A DNA stretch of 64,000 nucleotides from Escherichia coli (GTDB lineage Bacteria; Pseudomonadota; Gammaproteobacteria; Enterobacterales; Enterobacteriaceae). The DNA lies in assembly GCF_044324875.1 (NCBI RefSeq), contig NZ_CP172185.1. The stretch is one strand, 5' to 3'. Position numbers and translations under genes: made by a program. Position 1 is the stretch's first letter. Each line of letters opens with the position of its first letter. This document shows, one piece after another, positions 54,324-64,000 of the stretch. The notes below the pieces were generated by a model. It saw only the letters and a list, made by a program, of their open reading frames with translations, made no database searches and was not told the DNA's origin.

Positions 54324-55001
54324 ATGATGTACCACATTCCCGGCGTGCTATCGCCACAGGACGTCGCCCGTTTTCGCGAACAACTGGAACAAGCCGAATG
54401 GGTGGATGGACGCGTCACCACTGGCGCACAAGGTGCGCAAGTTAAGAACAATCAACAGGTAGACACCCACAGCACGTTATACGCCGCCCTGCAAAATGAG
54501 GTGCTGAACGCGGTTAACCAACATGCTTTGTTCTTTGCCGCGGCCTTGCCGCGTACCCTTTCCACGCCGCTGTTTAATCGCTATCAGAACAATGAAACCT
54601 ATGGTTTTCATGTGGATGGCGCAGTACGCAGCCATCTACAAAACGGCTGGATGCGCACTGACCTTTCTGCCACGCTGTTTTTAAGCGATCCAGAAAGCTA
54701 CGACGGCGGCGAACTGGTCGTTAATGACACCTTCGGGCAACATCGGGTAAAACTCCCGGCAGGCGATCTGGTGTTGTATCCCTCCAGCAGCTTGCATTGC
54801 GTGACACCCGTAACCCGCGGCGTACGAGTGGCATCATTTATGTGGATCCAGTCGATGATCCGTGATGATAAAAAGCGCGCCATGCTGTTTGAACTGGACA
54901 ACAATATTCAGTCGCTGAAAAGCCGCTACGGCGAAAGTGAAGAGATCCTGTCGCTGCTCAATCTTTATCATAATCTGCTGCGGGAATGGTCGGAGATCTG
55001 A
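54324..55001 (+). CDS. ybiX: PKHD-type Fe(II)/2-oxoglutarate-dependent hydroxylase YbiX
   Basis: Start taken at [17 protein letters not shown] / [10 protein letters not shown] motifs. Confidence 0.85.
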   Translation: MMYHIPGVLSPQDVARFREQLEQAEWVDGRVTTGAQGAQVKNNQQVDTHSTLYAALQNEVLNAVNQHALFFAAALPRTLSTPLFNRYQNNETYGFHVDGAVRSHLQNGWMRTDLSATLFLSDPESYDGGELVVNDTFGQHRVKLPAGDLVLYPSSSLHCVTPVTRGVRVASFMWIQSMIRDDKKRAMLFELDNNIQSLKSRYGESEEILSLLNLYHNLLREWSEI

Positions 55002-55074
55002 CGCTTGAACTGCCCGAGTTCGTCCCTATATTAGCTACACTTAACTGTACAAGTATTGATATGGGGAGGACGAT

Positions 55075-55341
55075 ATGGCATCCGGTTGGGCTAACGATGA
55101 CGCCGTCAACGAACAGATCAACAGTACAATTGAAGATGCGATTGCCCGCGCTCGGGGTGAAATTCCGCGTGGCGAAAGCCTGTATGAATGTGAAGAGTGC
55201 GGAGCCCCCATCCCGCAAGCCCGTCGGGAAGCCATTCCTGGTGTGCGCTTATGCATTCATTGTCAGCAGGAGAAAGATTTACAAAAACCAGCTTATACAG
55301 GATATAATCGCAGAGGTTCGAAAGACAGCCAGTTACGTTAA
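55075..55341 (+). CDS. ybiI: DksA/TraR-family C4-type zinc-finger protein YbiI
   Basis: 88 aa; CEECGAPIPQARREAIPGVRLCIHCQ. Confidence 0.85.
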   Translation: MASGWANDDAVNEQINSTIEDAIARARGEIPRGESLYECEECGAPIPQARREAIPGVRLCIHCQQEKDLQKPAYTGYNRRGSKDSQLR

Positions 55342-55604
55342 CTACAACTGGCGGGATGTATAGCGAGTATAATTTGTATTTTGCGTGGCATTCCGTGCCT
55401 TTAACGCTGTCGTGACTGCCACGCTGCATAAAACAAGTCCATAAGTTCAACAAATAAATGGATTATCAGTATGTTAGATATCAATCAATTTATTTGAACA
55501 AGGCGGTCAATTCTCTTCGATTTTATCTCTCGAAAAAAACGTGATACTCATCACATCGACGAAACAACGTCACTTATACAAAAATCACCTGCGAGAGATT
55601 AATT

Positions 55605-55865
55605 ATGAAAACTATCAATACTGTTGTTGCTGCTATGGCTCTTTCAACTCTGTCATTTGGCGTGTTTGCCGCGGAACCGGTAACGGCATCCCAGGCACAG
55701 AACATGAATAAAATCGGCGTGGTTTCTGCCGATGGCGCATCCACCCTCGATGCCCTGGAAGCGAAACTGGCTGAGAAAGCTGCGGCAGCTGGGGCGAGTG
55801 GATACAGCATCACTTCTGCCACCAACAACAATAAATTAAGCGGTACTGCGGTAATTTATAAGTAA
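55605..55865 (+). CDS. ybiJ: DUF1471-family periplasmic protein YbiJ
   Basis: 86 aa, signal peptide, C-terminal GTAVIYK; paralog of mcbA. Confidence 0.8.
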   Translation: MKTINTVVAAMALSTLSFGVFAAEPVTASQAQNMNKIGVVSADGASTLDALEAKLAEKAAAAGASGYSITSATNNNKLSGTAVIYK

Positions 55866-55869
55866 TTCG

Positions 55870-55990
55870 TAGGACGGATAAGGCGTTTACGCCGCATCCG
55901 GCAACAGATGCCTGATGCGACGCTACCGCGTCTTATCAGGCCTACAAAATCCGAACCGTTGAACGGATCAGGCGTTTACGCTACGTCCAG
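55870..55990. repeat. REP/BIME-type palindromic elements
   Basis: gcgtttacgccgcatccggc ... gatgcgacgctaccgcgtcttatcaggcctac ... ggatcaggcgtttacgc. Confidence 0.6.
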
Positions 55991-56093
55991 CACAAGTATT
56001 TCCCTGTCTGTTTGCCGACAGACGCGCATGCTCTAACCCTCATTGATCCTATGTTACCCTTGTTTGCCCGTCCGTCACTGGACGGGCTTTTTT

Positions 56094-57271
<1,178 letters not shown>

Positions 57272-57272
57272 T

Positions 57273-57314
<42 letters not shown>

Positions 57315-57319
57315 GAAAA

Positions 57320-58282
<963 letters not shown>

Positions 58283-58309
58283 TTACGACTCCTTACCTGA
58301 CTCACATCA

Positions 58310-60460
58310 TTAACGCCGCCGACGGCGTGGGGATTTCGTTTTTTCTTTCTTTTTAACTATACCTTCAGGGACTTCCGGTTGCTCTATCGGAAATACCGGT
58401 AATGCATCCAGTAGTCGCTTGCCATAATTTTTGGTCAGCAAGCGTTTGTCGTAAATCACCACTTCGCCCCAGCAACCGTGGCTTCGAATCAGTCGCCCAA
58501 CCTGCTGAATCAGGTTAAACGAGGCGCTCGGCAGGCTTTGCACCTCAAACGGATAGCGGTTGAGGCTTTTCAGCCATTCCCCTTCGGTGATCACCACCGG
58601 GCTGTCGATGGGCGGAAAAGCGATTTTGTGGATATGCACCTGGCTTAGCAGATCGCCTTTCAAATCAAGCCCTTCGGCAAATGACTGCAAGCCCACCAGC
58701 ACGCTACGCTCACCGTTGGCAACGCGTTTGCGGTGCAGTTCAACTAAACGGTAACGCGGCTGATCGCCCTGCACCAGCAACATCAGGCGTAAATCCGTCA
58801 CATAGTCGAGAAACCACTGCATCGCCCGTCCGCTGGCAAACAGTACCAACATACCGAGATGTTTTTTGCTCTCCACCTGCTCACGGAAAAAGGCTGCCAT
58901 TTCAGCAATGTGCTGCTCTTCGTTGTCGATGGAAGGCTCAACGCGCATCCGGGGAATAACAATTTTGCCCTGTTCGCAGTGGTTAAAGGGGGAATCCAGC
59001 GCCACAAAACGGTCGCCCGCTTTCTCTTTCAGCCCGCTCATCTCCTGCAAACGCGAAAAACTGTTCAGCGAACGTAAGGTCGCGGAAGTGATAATAATGT
59101 GCGGAATACTGCGCCACAGCAGCCTTTCCAGCTGATCGCTGACACGAATACCCACACAGTGAAACCAGAGATGTAGCTGCCCTTCGCGCTCTTCCCGCGT
59201 CGCCCATTTGGTCACCGGCGCACCGGAAGATTGCGCCAGAGACGCCAGCCGCCAGAGTTTGCTTTGCGCCTCGAACATCCCCAGCGCGCGGTTCATCTGC
59301 AAAATCAACCGATGCAGACGTACAATGTCATGGCTGCCGGTTTTCTCACTTAAATCGTTAAGAAATAACTCCGCCAGACCACGCAGCATCTCGGTGAGTT
59401 TTGCCAGCCGCTGGCAGATCTCCAGCACTTCATCAGGTAGTTCGCCCATCGCAAAACGGTGTTCTGCCTCCTGCCCGGCAGGCATGTAGAGATTGAGAAT
59501 GTTGTTTAACGAGGCGATAAGCTCATACAACTCTTCACAATGCGCATTCAAACGCTCGGGGATCGCCAGCGGTGGGATGGTCTTCGGGCGAAACTGCTCC
59601 ATACAGGTAGCGACCAGTTTCGTGAACAAGTCCAGTTGCAGCCGATACCAGGGCGCGGTGATTTCGGCGCTCATCTCCAGCGCATCCCGCGCCACATCCG
59701 GCAGGTGATGACCTTCGTCCAGCACCAGCAGTAAATTTTTCGGGTCAGGCAATACGGCTTCGCTTTCCATCGCCGCCATCACCAGCGCATGGTTTGCCAC
59801 CACCACTTCCGCTTCCTGAATCTCCCGACGAGCGACAAAAAACGGGCATTCGCGATAGTAATAACAGTTGCGGTTGAGGCAGCTGGCTTTGTCGGTACTT
59901 AAACGACGCCAGAGATCGTCATCTATAGCAATATCCGTATGATCGCGCAGACCATCCCATTTATAAGTATCGAGATCGCCCTTAAGTTTCGCACAACGTT
60001 TTTGCTCTTCCTGATTATTTGGCGTCAGTTCGTCGTCAAGAAACGCCAGCAGATCCTGTTGCGTGGGTTCAGTACTGGCAAGCGCCGTCAGATTACGCGG
60101 GCAAACGTAGCGCCCACGCCCAAAAGCGGCAGTGAATTTAAGATCGGGAATGATCTTTTTCAGCAGCGGTAAATCTTTGCTGTAAATCTGATCCTGCAAC
60201 GCCACGTTGGCGGTACTCACCACCAGCGTTTTTTGCTCTTCGCGGGCAATGGCGATGCCGGGGATCAAATAGGAGAGCGTTTTCCCAACGCCGGTGGGAG
60301 CTTCAATCGCCAGATGCCGCCCTTCTTCTCCGGCCAGCGTTTTGGCGACGTCCGCAATCATCTGCCGCTGCGGCGCACGGGGAATAAAGTCGGGGATCTG
60401 TTCCTGAAGCGCCTTATACCAGGCGGCAATTTGCGCTTTAAGCGCGGCGGTTAATGCCAT
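58310..60460 (-). CDS. dinG: ATP-dependent DNA helicase DinG
   Basis: Start taken at MALTAALKAQIAAWYKALQ (ATG 60458-60460); helicase motif I EAPTGVGKT, DEGHH box, Fe-S Cys cluster region. Confidence 0.9.
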   Translation of the reverse strand: MALTAALKAQIAAWYKALQEQIPDFIPRAPQRQMIADVAKTLAGEEGRHLAIEAPTGVGKTLSYLIPGIAIAREEQKTLVVSTANVALQDQIYSKDLPLLKKIIPDLKFTAAFGRGRYVCPRNLTALASTEPTQQDLLAFLDDELTPNNQEEQKRCAKLKGDLDTYKWDGLRDHTDIAIDDDLWRRLSTDKASCLNRNCYYYRECPFFVARREIQEAEVVVANHALVMAAMESEAVLPDPKNLLLVLDEGHHLPDVARDALEMSAEITAPWYRLQLDLFTKLVATCMEQFRPKTIPPLAIPERLNAHCEELYELIASLNNILNLYMPAGQEAEHRFAMGELPDEVLEICQRLAKLTEMLRGLAELFLNDLSEKTGSHDIVRLHRLILQMNRALGMFEAQSKLWRLASLAQSSGAPVTKWATREEREGQLHLWFHCVGIRVSDQLERLLWRSIPHIIITSATLRSLNSFSRLQEMSGLKEKAGDRFVALDSPFNHCEQGKIVIPRMRVEPSIDNEEQHIAEMAAFFREQVESKKHLGMLVLFASGRAMQWFLDYVTDLRLMLLVQGDQPRYRLVELHRKRVANGERSVLVGLQSFAEGLDLKGDLLSQVHIHKIAFPPIDSPVVITEGEWLKSLNRYPFEVQSLPSASFNLIQQVGRLIRSHGCWGEVVIYDKRLLTKNYGKRLLDALPVFPIEQPEVPEGIVKKKEKTKSPRRRRR

Positions 60461-60474
60461 GAGAAAACCTGAAA

Positions 60475-60494
60475 TACTGTATAAACAGCCAATA
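60475..60494 (-). promoter_or_regulatory. LexA (SOS) box of dinG
   Basis: Reverse complement of 60475-60494 is tattggctgtttatacagta, the non-canonical dinG SOS box as I remember it, 15 bp upstream of the start. Confidence 0.7.
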
Positions 60495-60579
60495 TTGTGG
60501 CATTTTTCGGTTTTCAGGGGTAATGGTTTTTCTGTTTCTGGAAAGCGACTCGCAATAACCACCAACATAATGCGGTTTA

Positions 60580-61062
60580 ATGCCCGTTCGAGCACAAAGG
60601 ATCCAACACGTCATGCAAGACACCACCATAAATTTCTACAGCACCGGCGATGACTACGGTGATTTTTCTAACTTTGCCGCCTGGCCCATTAAGGTTGACG
60701 GGAAAACCTGGCCCACCTCAGAACACTATTTCCAGGCACAAAAATTCCTTGATGAAAAATACCGCGAAGAGATCCGTCGGGTTTCTTCCCCTATGGTCGC
60801 CGCTCGCATGGGGCGTGATCGTTCCAAGCCACTTCGTAAAAACTGGGAGTCGGTCAAAGAACAGGTGATGCGAAAAGCGCTTCGCGCTAAATTCGAACAA
60901 CATGCAGAACTGCGTGCGCTCTTGCTGGCAACCGCGTCCGCAAAACTGGTTGAGCATACGGAAAATGATGCTTACTGGGGAGACGGTGGTAATGGTAAGG
61001 GCAAGAATCGACTGGGCTACCTTTTAATGGAGTTGCGTGAACAATTGGCTATAGAGAAGTAA
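60580..61062 (+). CDS. ybiA: NADAR-family N-glycosidase YbiA
   Basis: 160 aa; MPVRAQRIQHVMQDTTINFYS...WPTSEHYFQAQKF. Confidence 0.85.
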   Translation: MPVRAQRIQHVMQDTTINFYSTGDDYGDFSNFAAWPIKVDGKTWPTSEHYFQAQKFLDEKYREEIRRVSSPMVAARMGRDRSKPLRKNWESVKEQVMRKALRAKFEQHAELRALLLATASAKLVEHTENDAYWGDGGNGKGKNRLGYLLMELREQLAIEK

Positions 61063-61214
61063 CATCTCGGGTGACTTATGGGCGATAAAACAGAGAAATC
61101 TTTTTGCCGCGTTCTCAAATTGCTGACAAGTGCTTGTTGTGAAATGCCGGATGCGGCGCAAACTGAACTGCACCCCAAATGTTGGACATAATCTGACATC
61201 TGAAGGTGCAGTTT

Positions 61215-61736
61215 ATGAAACATTCATTTGAAGTAAAACTTGCCGCTGTAAATCACTACCTGGCCGGTCATGCAGGCATCATTTCTACGGCAAAACTCTT
61301 TCAACTTTCTCACACCAGCCTCTCACACTGGATTAATCTTTTTCTTCTTCACGGTCCTCGGGCACTGGATTGCAGACACAAGCGTAGCTATTCTCCTGAA
61401 GATAAACTTTGCGTGGTTCTTTATGCTCTCGGGCATTCTGAGTCTCTACCCCGGGTAGCTGCCCGGTTTAACATTCCCAGCCACAACACGGTTAAAAACT
61501 GGATAAAAGGCTACCGCAAATCTGGTAATGAGGCCTTTATCAGGCGCTGGAAGGAGAAAAGCATGACCCGTTCTGATGATACCCATGAAAACGAGGCAAA
61601 CATGACGCCGGAAGAGATGAAGAATGAGCTGCGTTATCTTCGCGCAGAAAATGCATATCTGAAAGCCATGCAGGAGCATCTCCTGGAAAAAAAGCGCCAG
61701 GAGCTGGAGAAAAAACGAAAGTCATCCGGAGCCTGA
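61215..61736 (+). CDS. IS150-like transposase OrfA
   Basis: MKHSFEVKLAAVNHYLAGHAG..., two HTH repeats, C-terminal leucine zipper; poly-A slippery run near 61688. Confidence 0.8.
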   Translation: MKHSFEVKLAAVNHYLAGHAGIISTAKLFQLSHTSLSHWINLFLLHGPRALDCRHKRSYSPEDKLCVVLYALGHSESLPRVAARFNIPSHNTVKNWIKGYRKSGNEAFIRRWKEKSMTRSDDTHENEANMTPEEMKNELRYLRAENAYLKAMQEHLLEKKRQELEKKRKSSGA

Positions 61737-61840
61737 GGTGCGGACACTGCCAGTCTGACCTGTTAAAGGCTGCAGGGCTGGCCAGAAGCACGCTGTACTA
61801 CCAGCTGTCACTGCAGAAGGCTAAGGACAAGTATGCTGAT

Positions 61841-62595
<755 letters not shown>

Positions 62596-62730
62596 AACGC
62601 CTTATCCGGCCTACAAAAGCATGCAAATTCAATATATTGCAGAGTTCATGTAGGCCTGATAAGCGTAGCGCATCAGGCAGTTTTGCGTTTGCCATCAGGC
62701 TCAGTTGCCGGGCATAGCCCGGCATCAAAA
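62596..62730. repeat. REP/BIME palindromic elements between IS150-like element and rhlE
   Basis: gccttatccggcctacaaaagcatgcaaattcaatatattgcagagttcatgtaggcctgataagcgtagcgcatcaggca. Confidence 0.55.
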
Positions 62731-62732
62731 GA

Positions 62733-64000
62733 TTACTGCGCAGCGGCAGGTTTACGCGGACGGCGGCGACGTTGTTGTTCGCCTGCCGGTTTGGCATCGC
62801 CGAGGCGACGAGACGGTTTTTCTCCAGGTTTAGCGCTTGCAGATTTTGCGCCACCTTCTCCACGGCGTGGTTGCTGTTGACCGCGACCACCACCTTGCCC
62901 ACGACCGCCGCCGCCACGTTGCTGGCGACCGTTCTGGATTGGTTCGGCTTTGATTGACGGGTCCGGCTCATAGCCCGGAATCGCAATGCGCGGGATCTCT
63001 TTTTTCAGCAGTTTTTCGATATCACGCAGCAGTTTGTGTTCATCAACACACACCAGCGACAACGCTTCACCGGTAGCAGCCGCACGACCGGTACGCCCGA
63101 TACGGTGAACATAATCTTCCGGTACGTTTGGCAGTTCATAGTTGACCACGTGCGGCAACTCTTCGATATCCAGACCGCGCGCAGCGATGTCAGTTGCCAC
63201 TAGTACACGAATATCGCCCGATTTAAAATCAGCCAGCGCACGGGTACGCGCACCTTGCGATTTATTGCCGTGGATCGCCGCACTGCGGATGCCATCTTTA
63301 TTGAGCTGTTCAGCCAGATGGTTAGCGCCATGTTTGGTACGGGTAAACACCAGCACCTGCTGCCAGTTCCCTTTCCCAATCATGTGCGACAACAATTCGC
63401 GTTTGCGTTTCTTATCAACAAAGTGAACATGCTGGGTCACCTGATCAGACGCGGTATTGCGGCGTGCCACTTCGATTTCCAGCGGGTTGTGCAACAGTTT
63501 TTCCGCCAGAGCTTTAATATCGTCAGAGAAGGTCGCGGAGAACAACAGGTTCTGGCGCTTCGCAGGTAGTTTTGTTAACACGCGACGGATATCGTGGATA
63601 AAGCCCATGTCGAGCATGCGGTCAGCTTCATCGAGGACGAGGATTTCAACCTGATCCAGCTTCACCGCATTCTGATGTTCCAGGTCCAGCAGACGTCCCG
63701 GCGTTGCAACCAGCACATCAACGCCGCCGCGCAACTTCATCATCTGCGGGTTAATGCTGACACCGCCAAACACCACCAGCGAACGAATGTTCAGGTATTT
63801 GCTGTAATCACGGACGTTTTCGCCAATCTGCGCCGCCAGTTCACGGGTCGGGGTAAGAATGAGCGCACGTACCGGACGACGCCCTTTGGCGTGCGGCTGG
63901 CGAGTGATCAGGTGTTGCAACAGCGGCAGCGTAAAGCCCGCTGTTTTGCCGGTACCGGTCTGGGCACTGGCCATCAGGTCGCGGCCTTCCAGCACCGCAG
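62733..64000 (-). CDS. rhlE: ATP-dependent RNA helicase RhlE (DEAD-box), 5' end beyond window
   Basis: [17 protein letters not shown] (VLDEADRM), [11 protein letters not shown]; Gly/Arg-rich C-terminal tail; N-terminus off the window edge. Confidence 0.9.
   Translation of the reverse strand, partial: AVLEGRDLMASAQTGTGKTAGFTLPLLQHLITRQPHAKGRRPVRALILTPTRELAAQIGENVRDYSKYLNIRSLVVFGGVSINPQMMKLRGGVDVLVATPGRLLDLEHQNAVKLDQVEILVLDEADRMLDMGFIHDIRRVLTKLPAKRQNLLFSATFSDDIKALAEKLLHNPLEIEVARRNTASDQVTQHVHFVDKKRKRELLSHMIGKGNWQQVLVFTRTKHGANHLAEQLNKDGIRSAAIHGNKSQGARTRALADFKSGDIRVLVATDIAARGLDIEELPHVVNYELPNVPEDYVHRIGRTGRAAATGEALSLVCVDEHKLLRDIEKLLKKEIPRIAIPGYEPDPSIKAEPIQNGRQQRGGGGRGQGGGRGQQQPRRGEGGAKSASAKPGEKPSRRLGDAKPAGEQQRRRRPRKPAAAQ

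Overview
This 64-kb window reads as Escherichia/Shigella chromosome in four blocks. (1) 1-9.6 kb: an accessory locus (ROK regulator, glycerophosphodiester phosphodiesterase, 4-gene ABC importer, diverged SodC paralog), bounded by an IS3-family remnant and IS2. (2) 11.6-20.1 kb: the yahB/yahD-yahI carbamate-kinase cluster. (3) 20.1-46.5 kb: an IS-saturated island remnant with nested insertions (IS629-like inside an ISL3-type transposase gene; an IS21-family element inside IS1), a trimeric autotransporter adhesin with a downstream HTH regulator, an alpA/YfjJ-like block, a 1-kb ORF-free A-rich tract split by a second IS2, two AT-rich orphan genes, and a yeeP-to-cbtA module (GTPase, DUF932, antirestriction, RadC, CbeA/CbtA). 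(4) 46.5-64 kb: core glnP-glnQ-ybiO-rlmF-mcbA-fiu-ybiX-ybiI-ybiJ-hcxB-ybiB-dinG-ybiA-rhlE with an IS150-like insertion in a REP element. No rRNA, tRNA or CRISPR array was found. The best candidates for something undescribed are the convergent orphan gene pair at 38.2-40.0 kb, the iteron-like A-rich tract, and an orphan 214-aa ORF inside the toxin-antitoxin module; none can be assigned a function from sequence alone. All family calls are from reading the translations by eye, not from searches. The ORF track uses GTG/TTG starts in places, so several starts were moved to the nearest ATG with a Shine-Dalgarno.
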